A stretch of DNA of 64,000 bases from the NCBI GenBank assembly GCA_016839585.1, contig JAEOTZ010000070.1:1-64000 (forward strand), given 5' to 3'. The notes beneath the pieces were generated by a model. The model did no database searches, was not told where the DNA came from, and worked only from the letters and a program-made list of their open reading frames with translations. Within the stretch, counting starts at the first letter, position 1, and every line of letters begins with the position of its first letter. The position numbers and the translations under genes are program-made. The DNA is from Promethearchaeota archaeon (GTDB lineage Archaea; Asgardarchaeota; Lokiarchaeia; Sigyniarchaeales; SOKP01). This document shows, piece by piece, positions 19,201-30,000 of the stretch.

Positions 19201-20175
19201 TTGAGACTCTTGAGCTGTTTAGCTGGAGTTGGTATTTTAATTCTTCACATCATCCCTTGTATTATCTCTCCTTACTATTTTCTAGAAGTTTCTATAATTT
19301 TTGTTTTAATTTTTGGAATACTATTAATTCTAATTGGTAGAAGATTTTATATGAAACCAATGGAACCGATAGAAGGAGATAAAAAATTAGGTCATCTTTT
19401 GCATATTTTTGGAGTTCTTACATTTATTTTAGCCTTAATTGGTTTTCTAATTTTCTTTTTACCCAATATTTGGGTAGATTGGACATCTACAGGAGAAATA
19501 TTTGAACCCATTGAATTGTTACTTTTCGGAATTGTATTAGTATTTATTGGAAGATTTATCATGAGACCAATGGAAATCTCAGATAAAAAGATGAAATTGG
19601 GAATTAAAATGTTTACTATTGGTGTTATCACATTAATCTTATCATTAATTAGTATTGGTATTGATACTGTCAATTTTATAATATTTCTCATTTCTGTCGG
19701 GATTCCAATATATGGAATATTATTAATTCAAAAAGCAATGATTGGAGTAACTGATATTATCAAAGAAGTGAAGGAGGAGACAAAAGAATGGGGCAAAGAG
19801 AGAGTCTTAATTGAGTTGAAAGATACGAAAAAGAAATACGTGGCGTATAGAGGAATAGGTATAACTATTTTTCTAATAGGTGTGGGATGTTTTGGTGGAT
19901 TAATACCATCCCTCTTCTTTAATAATATTCAATACGGCTTTTTAATAGCTGGCATAATTATTATCTTTTTTTCCTTCCCATTCTTTGTCTTGTATTCGAA
20001 AGGACATCAGAAATATAACATCTTAAAAGGTATTGTAGATCAAAAAGAAGAACCACAAATAAGTCAAACTTCAGAATATTTAGATGAGTTAGAGAGACTA
20101 AAAGAATTGCTTGATAAGGATATCATCACTAAAGAAGAATTTGAAGCAAAGAAAAAACAATTATTAGGTTTATGA
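19201..20175 (+). CDS. Multi-pass membrane protein with C-terminal SHOCT domain
   Basis: About 8 hydrophobic segments; internal repeat IGRRFYMKPME/IGRFIMRPME; ELERLKELLDKDIITKEEFEAKKKQLL. Confidence 0.75.
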   Translation: MRLLSCLAGVGILILHIIPCIISPYYFLEVSIIFVLIFGILLILIGRRFYMKPMEPIEGDKKLGHLLHIFGVLTFILALIGFLIFFLPNIWVDWTSTGEIFEPIELLLFGIVLVFIGRFIMRPMEISDKKMKLGIKMFTIGVITLILSLISIGIDTVNFIIFLISVGIPIYGILLIQKAMIGVTDIIKEVKEETKEWGKERVLIELKDTKKKYVAYRGIGITIFLIGVGCFGGLIPSLFFNNIQYGFLIAGIIIIFFSFPFFVLYSKGHQKYNILKGIVDQKEEPQISQTSEYLDELERLKELLDKDIITKEEFEAKKKQLLGL

Positions 20176-20673
20176 AAAGGTAAATAAGATTTAATCTTTA
20201 TCGTCGTGTCTGCCATTATATTTAAAAACGTCTTAAGTAAACTTTGATAATGATTAATCAGATCTTTATATACAGAATTTAAAAAAATTTATTTTGCGAC
20301 TATATAGATGAACAGCTAGGAACAATAAATTAAAAATAATTTATCTCTTGCTTTTAGCACGGTCTCTCTGGTTGTATTCAAAATAAAAATAAAGTTTGAT
20401 TAGATATTAAACTTTATCTAATTTTAGGAATAATTTTATAGAATGATTTAAGTAAGACGATGGTAACATTTTTATAAATTTTTTACTTACTTGTAATTTA
20501 ATAAAAATTGGGAAATCTCCAATTTTTGACTGTAAATAATTAAAATTTAATTAGAAATCTTAAATGCTCACATTACACTTTTAGCAAATAGCTAAATCTA
20601 ATAAGATTGAAAAAAAGTGTTAAAATGGGCAATAATTTTAAAAATCTCAACAAATAAGGTAAGAAAATAGAAG

Positions 20674-23463
20674 GTGGGTAAAATGGGAAGAATAAGAAAA
20701 GGATTCATTGTTATGATGCCCTTGATTTTAATTCTATTATTATTCTTGAATAACAGTATTAATGATTTCTCATTAAAGCAAGATTCCTCCAAATTGCACT
20801 TGAGTGACATTCCGATCCAATTTGGCGAGACTATAACTGATTCTATTGATTTTGTTGGTGATATTGGCAACTACACTTTTTCGGCTAATGCCGGTGATAC
20901 TGTTTTGATTAGGATAAGCGAACTTTCAGGAATTAATTTTGATCCAGAAGTAAGATTGTATTCTCCATCTGGAATTGAACTTTCAAGTGCTTGGTCGTAT
21001 GCTGTTACCGAATTATCTTATAATTTACCACAGAACGGAGTCTATAAAGTTAGCGTCTGTGATCATGAAGAAGTTGATACCGGTACTTACTGCATTTATA
21101 TTCAAAGAGTCAATAATCCTGGAAGTGCTACATCCATTAAATTTGGTGAAATCATGTATGGTTCTATTGATCTTCCTTGTGAAGCAAATTCCTATAATTT
21201 TTCAGCCAGCGATGGTGATGCAGTTCTCATCAAGATAGGGAAGTCTTCAGGAACCAATTTCGCACATGAAATAAGGTTATACTCACCTACCGGAACTGAA
21301 ATTGCACGAGATTGGGACTCCACTACTTCTTCTGAAATATATTATGCCTTACCTCAAAATGGAATATATACAATTTTAGTATGCGATTATAGTTCTCTTT
21401 ATTCAGGTGCCTACTACATCTTTATTCAGAGACTCAATAATCCTGAAAATGCAACAGTTATTGATTTTGGTAACACTACTCCTGCTTCCATTGGATTTCC
21501 TGGTGAAGCTGATACATTTACTTTTTCGTCAAATGCGGGTGATACTGTGTTGGTTAGGATAAGCGAAGTTTCAGGAGTTAATTTTAATCCAGAAATAAGA
21601 TTGTATTCTCCATCTGGAATTGAACTTACACGTGCTTGGTGGTATGATGCTACTGAATTATCTTATACTTTGCCGCAAAATGGAATATATACGGTTTTAG
21701 CCTGTGATCATGAAGGAATTGATAGTGGTGCTTATTGTATTTATATTCAAAAAGTTAATAATCCAGGGAATACAATACCTATTAAATTTGGTTCTATTAA
21801 ATTCGGCTCAATTGATCAGCCTGGTGATGCAAAATCTTATACTTTTTCAGCAAGTACAGGTGATATTATTCTCACTAGAATAGGTAAAGTTTCAGGAGCC
21901 AATTTCGCACATGAGATAAGGTTATACTCACCTACCGGAACTGAACTTGCACGAGATTGGGACTCCACTACTTCTTCTGAAATATATTATGCCTTACCTC
22001 AAAATGGAATATATACAATTTTAGTATGCGATTATAGTTCCCTTTATTCAGGTACCTACTACATTTTTATTCAAAGAGTCAATAATCCTAACAATACTGC
22101 ATTTATTGAATTTAGTAAAATTGGTATAATTATAACTGCATCCATCGAGCTTCCCAGTGAAGCTGATACATTTACTTTTTCGTCAAATGCGGGTGACATT
22201 GTGTTGGTTAGGATAAGCGAAGTTTCAGGAGTTAATTTTAATCCAGAAATAAGATTGTATTCTCCATCTGGAATTGAACTTACACGTGCTTGGTGGTATG
22301 ATGCTACTGAATTATCTTATACTTTACCGCAAAATGGAATATATACGGTTTTAGCCTGTGATCATGAAGGAATTGATAATGGAGCCTACGAGATATTCTT
22401 TCAATGGCTTTATAAAAATGATACTTCCATCATTAATTTATCTGTTCCTTATATTCATCAATGTTGGGATACACCAAACGATTTTGACGGTCGCTGGGCA
22501 TGTGGGGCTACAAGTGCTGTAATGATATTAGCTTATTATGGTATAATTGCTCCTTGGCCCTGTGAATGTACAATGCCTTACACACATACAAGCAATTATG
22601 GAAATTATGTATGTAAAGAATATACTTATGGAAATTATACTTTCAATGATATTACCTTAGATGCTAGTTATAATCCTGCTTATGGTGCTTATGGATATAT
22701 TCATTATTCGGATGGTTTAGCTAAGTTGGGAAGAATGGTCGACTATTTTGAGATTCATGGACTCGAATCTTGGGAAGTTTATAGTCCTTCAGAATCTGAA
22801 ATTAGAGCTGAACTTGATTCTGGGCATCCTGTACCCGCTTCTACTAAATTAACAGAACTTGGCCATTGGGTAGTTATTGTAGGTTATACCGAGGATGGTT
22901 ATTATATAGTTCATGATCCTTTCGGAAGTAAACCTTATGGAAGTAATCCTGGTGGAAACTATAATGGATCTTATGTTCTATATACATGGGAAGAAATGAA
23001 AATCAATGAAAAATGGATAGCTGTCGTACATCCTAAGGAAGAGGCAAATCTGATTCTAGAAATTGTAGATCAATTTTTCTCAACTGAAAAATTTGATATA
23101 AAATTCTTAATTTTTGATGATAATGGTATAAAAATTAGTTCTGCGAACATACAAATGTGGTGGAATGAAACTGATGTGTCCACTAGCGTTCAGAACCTTG
23201 GAAATGGATTATATTTTGTATCTTTAGAGCCAATAACAGTAGCTCCTGGTGAAGATCCAATATTATTAAAAATTATAGTATCTGCTGACGGATATCCAAA
23301 TAAATATTTCGAAACTACTATTGCAGTTGATCCTGAATCTTTAAATAAGCCAGATGGTGCTAAGCCTTCAACACAATTAATTCCTGGATACAATTTATAC
23401 TTTCTAATCATAGTTATGTGCTTAATATCAATTTACTTTTATTCGAAGCGAAAAAAAAGTTAA
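20674..23463 (+). CDS. Cell-surface C39-like cysteine peptidase with five PPC-like beta modules and a Loki-CTERM-type anchor
   Basis: Signal/TM segment; 5x YTF.A..GD.....FxPEIRLYSPSG; PYIHQ..CGATS..GHWVVIVGY..VHDP; IPGYNLYFLII..KRKKS. Confidence 0.8.
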   Translation: MGKMGRIRKGFIVMMPLILILLLFLNNSINDFSLKQDSSKLHLSDIPIQFGETITDSIDFVGDIGNYTFSANAGDTVLIRISELSGINFDPEVRLYSPSGIELSSAWSYAVTELSYNLPQNGVYKVSVCDHEEVDTGTYCIYIQRVNNPGSATSIKFGEIMYGSIDLPCEANSYNFSASDGDAVLIKIGKSSGTNFAHEIRLYSPTGTEIARDWDSTTSSEIYYALPQNGIYTILVCDYSSLYSGAYYIFIQRLNNPENATVIDFGNTTPASIGFPGEADTFTFSSNAGDTVLVRISEVSGVNFNPEIRLYSPSGIELTRAWWYDATELSYTLPQNGIYTVLACDHEGIDSGAYCIYIQKVNNPGNTIPIKFGSIKFGSIDQPGDAKSYTFSASTGDIILTRIGKVSGANFAHEIRLYSPTGTELARDWDSTTSSEIYYALPQNGIYTILVCDYSSLYSGTYYIFIQRVNNPNNTAFIEFSKIGIIITASIELPSEADTFTFSSNAGDIVLVRISEVSGVNFNPEIRLYSPSGIELTRAWWYDATELSYTLPQNGIYTVLACDHEGIDNGAYEIFFQWLYKNDTSIINLSVPYIHQCWDTPNDFDGRWACGATSAVMILAYYGIIAPWPCECTMPYTHTSNYGNYVCKEYTYGNYTFNDITLDASYNPAYGAYGYIHYSDGLAKLGRMVDYFEIHGLESWEVYSPSESEIRAELDSGHPVPASTKLTELGHWVVIVGYTEDGYYIVHDPFGSKPYGSNPGGNYNGSYVLYTWEEMKINEKWIAVVHPKEEANLILEIVDQFFSTEKFDIKFLIFDDNGIKISSANIQMWWNETDVSTSVQNLGNGLYFVSLEPITVAPGEDPILLKIIVSADGYPNKYFETTIAVDPESLNKPDGAKPSTQLIPGYNLYFLIIVMCLISIYFYSKRKKS
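21250..22380 (+). repeat. Recent internal duplication of a two-module block (~0.65 kb offset)
   Basis: ~21250-21430 nearly identical to ~21895-22075; ~21507-21725 nearly identical to ~22161-22377. Confidence 0.8.
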
Positions 23464-23576
23464 TTTATAATCTTCTTCTTTTTTTTATTTGTATTCCTCT
23501 TTATCTTTAACCTATTCATAAAATAGAGAAAATTGATATTGATCAGTTTATATTAAATATAATGTTCTAAAAGTTC

Positions 23577-24272
23577 TTAATGTTTTAATTTTAATTTCCT
23601 GCTTGAGTTAACCAAGTGAACCATTGAGTTTAAAAATTTAAAGCTATATTTCCATATATAGTAGAAAACCATAATCATCAGGTATATAATAATTTCATGG
23701 AATTTGGAAAAATATAGATTCGATAAGATTGTCCAAACAATAAAGATTGACAAAATTAAAAGAATAATCTGATAAGCAGAATATTTAGGATTGTTAATGA
23801 AAGAATCTGGAATATTTTTTAAATCTGTGGAAGAAGGAGCGGCAGAGAACATAATTGAAAGTATTATGAAGAAACTTAAGAAAAATGATATTTCATCTCT
23901 TGGATGAACTACAAAATCTAATAGTAAAAAGCAAATCCAGAATGAAAATAATAAAGGAGCTAATCCCACTAATAGAGCTTGAAGGAAAGTTATCTTATCT
24001 TCTCCTTTAACCATTATACATCCATTAAATTCATATTTTTTATATCTTGGACCCAGTTCTGTTTTGGTTATTTCTAAAAATTTTACATTATTAATTGGAG
24101 TATTTGTAATTATACACATGACAATATGAAAGAATTCGTGAATTATGATACCTACTATCATTAGACCTACAATAATCTTTTTGAACGGTTCGGGGGTATA
24201 TTTCATCAAAAGATAAGAAACAACAAGTGAGAACAATAGAAAAATAATAATAGCTGGAATTTCCTCAAACAT
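23577..24272 (-). CDS. Membrane zinc metallopeptidase (M50/M50B-like)
   Basis: IIIHEFFH within a TM segment, GLAPLL, APSSTD. Confidence 0.75.
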   Translation of the reverse strand: MFEEIPAIIIFLLFSLVVSYLLMKYTPEPFKKIIVGLMIVGIIIHEFFHIVMCIITNTPINNVKFLEITKTELGPRYKKYEFNGCIMVKGEDKITFLQALLVGLAPLLFSFWICFLLLDFVVHPRDEISFFLSFFIILSIMFSAAPSSTDLKNIPDSFINNPKYSAYQIILLILSIFIVWTILSNLYFSKFHEIIIYLMIMVFYYIWKYSFKFLNSMVHLVNSSRKLKLKH

Positions 24273-24325
24273 ACTTTTATCACATTCTCATATTTCATTT
24301 GAGACAATTTAGATCATTTTAGAAT

Positions 24326-24359
24326 TAAATATTTATAAATAAAAAACGAAATTTGTGAA
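24326..24359 (-). promoter_or_regulatory. Shared island promoter motif, copy 2
   Basis: TAAATATTTATAAATAAAAAACGAAATTTGTGAA. Confidence 0.55.
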
Positions 24360-24446
24360 TTGCTTTTTTTCATTTATAAATGCTGGTTATATTTGAGATT
24401 AAAAACATTAATTACGAAAAATAATAATGAAATTACTTTGGTTTCT

Positions 24447-24978
24447 ATGAATTCACTAATGGAAAATAAAAATTCTTCAGATCCGTTTTGGGAGCAGGAT
24501 TTAACCAATGCTGACATTAATACCTTAATCATTAAAATTCTTAGATTTAAACCTGAATGGATTTATCAAATTTGTGAAAATCCTCAAAGACTAAAAGAAG
24601 AATATGGATTGCGTGAATTTTTTGAAAAAGCTAATGTGCTAAAGTATATAGTGAAGAATTTTAATAGAATTCCATTAAAGAATTTCATATCTGATATTTT
24701 AGCAGACTCTCATATATATTGATGAAGACAATATTATTTCAGAAGAAGTTAAAGCAATTAATAAAAATACATATAATTCTTCGAGATTATACAATAAACT
24801 TCCCCCTAACGAGCATGTTTATCAAGATAGTCATGGAAACAGTTTGGAATTAAATTATCATATAAAAATGGAGAATTATTTAAATATTTTAGAATTTTAT
24901 TGCGTCATTTCTATTATTTGCGAAAAAAATCATCAAATCTCTTATTATGTAAAAAAAAGTAAAAAAAAAGTAATTTAA
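24447..24978 (+). pseudogene. Hypothetical protein frameshifted in an AT dinucleotide run
   Basis: ORF ends CAT ATA TAT TGA at 24722; the +1 frame stays open 24718-24978; adding one AT unit fuses the two. Confidence 0.5.
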
Positions 24979-24980
24979 AA

Positions 24981-26981
24981 TTAGGATACTTTATTATGCT
25001 TTTTCTTAATTATTAGAGATATAAACAAGATAATAAATATCATCAGTAAGCACACAGGATATCCTGGAATAATACCACCTCCGTTTCCATCTTCTTGACC
25101 CCCATCTATAATAGTCCAATTAAAATTAGTAATGATAAATTGTCTTGCATCCGCAGCTGCGCTACTGTATGTGGAATTACCTGCATGAAAGGTTACACCG
25201 GTTTGCAAGGTTAATTGCGACCAGCCTAATAATAAATTATCATAATTAGGCGTTGATAATGTAACACCATAGAACATATCACTCATGTCTGTGACGCTCG
25301 AGACATCCCAGCTACCGATGGGCTGGTTGAATGAAAAGGCCCAAAAGAACATAGACCTCATGTTTGTGTCGCTCGAGACATCCCAGCTTCCGATGGGTTG
25401 GTTGAATGAAGAAGCCTCGTAGAACATAACCACCATGTTTGTGACGCTCGAGACATCCCAGCTGCCGATGGGTTGGTTGAATGAAGAAGCCCCCAAGAAC
25501 ATAGCCACCATGTTTGTGACGCTCGAGACATCCCAGCTGCCGATGGGCTGGTTGAATGAATAAGCCCCCCAGAACATATACCCTATGTCTGTGACGCTCG
25601 AGACATCCCAGCTGTCGATGGGCTGGTTGAATGAAGAAGCCCCCAAGAACATAGAATACATGGATGTCACGCTCGAGACATCCCAGCTGCCGATGGGCTG
25701 GTTGAATGAAGAAGCCCACGCGAACATATGACCCATGTTTGTGACGCTCGAGACATCCCAGCTACCGATGGACTGGTTGAATGAAGAAGCCTCCGCGAAC
25801 ATAGCATACATGTTTGTGACGCTCGAGACATCCCAACTCCCGATGGACTGGTTGAAGGAATCAGCCCCCGCGAACATATACTCCATGTTTGTGACGCTCG
25901 AGACATCCCAGCTGTCGATGGACTGGTTGAATGAAGAAGTCCCCCAGAACATATGACCCATGTTTGTGACGCTCGAGACATCCCAGCTGTCGATGGGCTG
26001 GTTGAAGGAATCAGCCCCATAAAACATATACCCCATGTTTGTGACGCTCGAGACATCCCAGCTGTCGATGGGCTGGTTGAAGGAATCAGCCCCATAGAAC
26101 ATATACCCCATGTTTGTGACGCTCGAGACATCCCAGCTGTCGATGGGCTGGTTGAATGAAGAAGCCACCCAGAACATAGAATATATGGATGTCACGCTCG
26201 AGACATCCCAGCTGCCGATGGGCTGGTTGAAGGAAGAAGCCCCCAAGAACATAGAATACATGGATGTCACGCTCGAGACATCCCAGCTGCCGATAGGTTG
26301 GTTGAAGGAAGAAGCCCTATAGAACATACTCCTCATGTCTGTGACGTTCAGGACATCCCAGCCGTCCATGTTACCGCTATTACCAAGATTATAGCAATTT
26401 CTAAAAGCCATATATAAGGTGGTCGTTCCCGTTAAATTCAAATTATCAGTAGAAGTGAGTTCTAAATTGGAGCACCCATAAAAATAACTCCCTGAATCTC
26501 CTAATTGCAAGCAACCCCATTGTTGGATTTCAAGGATTTTCAATCGATCTCCCCCATTATCAAAACACCAACCAATAATCTTTCCTGTGATATTAATGGT
26601 GTACACTCCCTCGGAAGGATAAGTGTGTGTCACCTCATCTTGATTCCAGATTGTGATCGTGTCATTGCTCTCGTCTCCCCAATCCACCAAGAAATTATAA
26701 TCTCCACCCGATTGCAATGGTAAGGTCACTTGATTACTAAGACTGGAACCAGAGCTTGTCTTGGTCGTGTCCCAGACTGAGAGAAACTCGTCTGGGTTTT
26801 GTGCATTCCGTATAGTAAACTCCACGCTGGTGGGCGTTTGCTTTTGTTCATGAAATGGAGGCATAGAGGTTGAAATATTTAGCAACACCAAAGAAGATAA
26901 TAGTAAAAGTGTTATACTTAACTTTAATAATTTATTTTTCATCAATCTAATCACATATATGATTAATAGTATATTTCTCAA
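24981..26981 (-). CDS. BspA/DUF285 LRR-like surface protein with Loki-CTERM-type anchor
   Basis: Signal peptide; VDWGD PKD-like region; 25-aa [20 protein letters not shown] repeats; [12 protein letters not shown]; true start probably the second Met (MKNKLLK). Confidence 0.9.
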   Translation of the reverse strand: MRNILLIIYVIRLMKNKLLKLSITLLLLSSLVLLNISTSMPPFHEQKQTPTSVEFTIRNAQNPDEFLSVWDTTKTSSGSSLSNQVTLPLQSGGDYNFLVDWGDESNDTITIWNQDEVTHTYPSEGVYTINITGKIIGWCFDNGGDRLKILEIQQWGCLQLGDSGSYFYGCSNLELTSTDNLNLTGTTTLYMAFRNCYNLGNSGNMDGWDVLNVTDMRSMFYRASSFNQPIGSWDVSSVTSMYSMFLGASSFNQPIGSWDVSSVTSIYSMFWVASSFNQPIDSWDVSSVTNMGYMFYGADSFNQPIDSWDVSSVTNMGYMFYGADSFNQPIDSWDVSSVTNMGHMFWGTSSFNQSIDSWDVSSVTNMEYMFAGADSFNQSIGSWDVSSVTNMYAMFAEASSFNQSIGSWDVSSVTNMGHMFAWASSFNQPIGSWDVSSVTSMYSMFLGASSFNQPIDSWDVSSVTDIGYMFWGAYSFNQPIGSWDVSSVTNMVAMFLGASSFNQPIGSWDVSSVTNMVVMFYEASSFNQPIGSWDVSSDTNMRSMFFWAFSFNQPIGSWDVSSVTDMSDMFYGVTLSTPNYDNLLLGWSQLTLQTGVTFHAGNSTYSSAAADARQFIITNFNWTIIDGGQEDGNGGGIIPGYPVCLLMIFIILFISLIIKKKHNKVS
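25280..26370 (-). repeat. 75-bp tandem coding repeat, 14 full units (15 WDV motifs)
   Basis: Conserved GACGCTCGAGACATCCCAGC core in nearly every unit; visibly more GC-rich than the flanks. Confidence 0.95.
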
Positions 26982-27087
26982 TTTTAATTACATTTTATTT
27001 TTGTCTTATTATTGTATAGGATACTCAAAATTATAAATCATTTTATCAATAATGACTATACTAAATAGAGAATTAAAAAAAGATATA

Positions 27088-30000
27088 TTAACTTATATAG
27101 GATTGAAATTTAGTATAAAACTCAAATAATAAATCATGAAGATTTTTAACAGTTTTTTCAATATTTGAGGTATTTGATATAATTTCCTTGTATTTTTTAA
27201 AATAATCTCTAAGTTCATCTTTAGTTAAAGGAATTAGGTTATTTTTAGCTAAATGGTCAAAAAATATTTCAGGATCATTAATCTCAGGTATAGAGATATC
27301 ATTTTCTTGGAGATATGATTGATGGAGATTAATTAAGAAGTCTTTTATGAAATTTTCTCCAATTTTAAGAGATTTACCATATTCATTTTTGTTGTTAGCA
27401 GAAAATATTTTATAGGATTTCCATAATAATTTACTGCATTGTTCAAGTAATATCTCATTGAACTTTTCATGATTTATGATGTCTTTCTTGGTCTCTTTCC
27501 GAAAATAATCAAGAATATTTGAATCTGAATCAGAGTTTCTCTCAATGACTTCAACAGAAGCATTGGTTAAATAATCTCCTTTTGTTTGAAAGTAATCATT
27601 CAAAGCTTCATCGTATTTTGTTCCCACTTTATAACAAGTCCTAATGGATTCTGAACCACCTGCTTTATGAGGATGAGCTTCAACTAAATATCCGTGTTTA
27701 ACAAGAATATGGAACAAATCATCTCGTAATTCGCTTATCTGCTTTTTATTTTTTACTTTTTTAGAAGCTTTTGAAGCTATGAACTTTGAAAGTTCACTTT
27801 TAAGTTTTTGGCGGTATAATCCTCCTACTTTATCAACAGTTTTAACAGCATTTAGAAAGTTAATAATCTCATCAATAAAGTCAATATACAGACCTAAATC
27901 TTTTTCAAATAGGGTTTTTTTAGCTTTCTCTGTTATTCTTCTTTCAGCTAATTTTAATTTATACCCTTGTTTTTCCATATAAATTAAAATTTTTTCATAT
28001 TGAAGAGGTTGAATGCCTTTAAGTTCAGTCAATTCAATAACTCCTGGAAAAGGTTGATAAATGTCCGTTCTTTTAATTATTACTTCATTTTCACGCATAT
28101 TCATTAAATAATTAATTTGGTAAGTATTATTCCTTTTAGAGCTATAATATCCGGTACCCTGTAATTCTTGTAAATTCATTTGATTTTTCAATACGGCTAT
28201 ATCTCGTGTATCAGTTGCTCTAAAAGTTATGATATTATGTAAAAAACTGAAAACATTAGGATGCAGATATCTAATTTGATTTGCTGAGCAAATTAATCCA
28301 AATCCACATTCAAGGAAAGGTTCTAAAAATTTACTAACTTTACCGTAATTTGTGGTATTATAGTTATTATCAATAAAAAAGGAATCAAAAAACATATCAA
28401 TATTAGGTATAAAAATGACTTTTTTATAATAATCGGTAGAATTTTGGAGGTAATGAATTAGTTTTGAAATAATTATAAAAGTGACAAAAGTTTTTTGCTC
28501 TAAGTCTTTTAAAATTGAAAGATCGACTATAATTGACTTATCATTTCTCAAAAAGTCAATTGGATTAATCTCATCCTCATGATCAAGTGTTAAATTAGAA
28601 AAAATTTGACTCTGACTTCTAAAATCCCTAAATATTGCTATTAAATTATTAGTTTTGTAATCTCTTTCCCATTTATTTTTCATTTCAAGATCTAAGGATA
28701 TTGAAGATACATCTAATTCATCCTGTTTTAAAAAGGAGTCTTTTAGAAGATCGACATATCTTTTTTCTGCTTTAAAGGCTAAAGCAAACGTATCAAAGAA
28801 TAGATTTAAATAATCAATATTATTCTTATCATATTTCATACCCGAGTGCTTTAGATCGATGCTAAATGAACTTCCCAACTTGAAATACAAAATATTTCTA
28901 TTATATTGAGAGTCTTTGAAAAAGTTAATTAATTTTGAACATTTTCCTGAGTAATCAAAAACTAAACAAGATTTATTTGCTTTGACAAGCTCAGACACAA
29001 TTTTCATTTTTGCATGTTCTCGATTGTAAGAAAGACCATTTGTTATAAGTAATTGTCGCAATTGGTCAAAAGTCAATCCAAAAGGAACCTCTTCATCTAA
29101 GAACTCCGTATTGATTGTATTTCCAATTGTTATAAAATTGTTTAATTGTAAAGGGGTATTAAATTCAGCAGCAATTCTCGTATCTATTCCTTTTTTAAAT
29201 TCATTAACTATCTTCGCAAGCTCTATTAGACTTTTACCTTGGAAGTATACATAATTTAAATGAGTTCCATTCAATCTAAAGGAATGATTTTTAAGACATT
29301 CACTTAAAAATCCTGAAATTAAGAGTTGGTTTTTTAATCCAACAAGTTTAAAATTTAAGAAATTATCTTCAAATGTTCTTTTCAAAATTTTTGCATTTGT
29401 GGATAATTCTTTATCTAACTCAATGAAATTCTTAAATGTTAAGTCTTTTGTAAATAAATAGGAAGAGGTTGACACAGTTAACATTGTCTTCCAAACACCA
29501 GATCTCATATCTAACCATTTTTCAAATTCAATTTCCGGATGTTTAACTTTTTTTGAAGAAGTTTTATCTAAAGTAATATATAGTATTCCTTCGAGGCTTT
29601 CTTTCGTTTTATCATTCAACAACTTAAGACATTCTTTTGAAAAGAGATTAGCAGATATTGGAGTAACTTGTAAATTGTAATTGAAAATAATCTTATATTT
29701 ATCGATTCCCCTAATAAATTTATCAAAATAAGTTAAAGTTGGCTGTGCGGCAAATTTGAGGTTAAATATTTTTGAAGCCAATAGTAATTGGTTGTTAATA
29801 TAAGTAAAAATTAGATCATTGTATTTCTTTAATCGATAAAACTCAACATCTGTAAATGGATTTATTTGAGTTAATTCCAAATTACGAGATAGACGCGATT
29901 TTAAGAAATAAAAAAGAATTTCTCTCCACCATATACAAATTATAAGCAATTCCAAGAGGAAATTAATGAGTATTATAAATCCTAATGGAAAAATTAGACT

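Noticed and set aside
25280-26370. 75-bp repeats as a CRISPR array or DGR
   Set aside because: In-frame coding repeats without unique spacers; no reverse transcriptase or template repeat seen; the overlapping short ORFs are shadows
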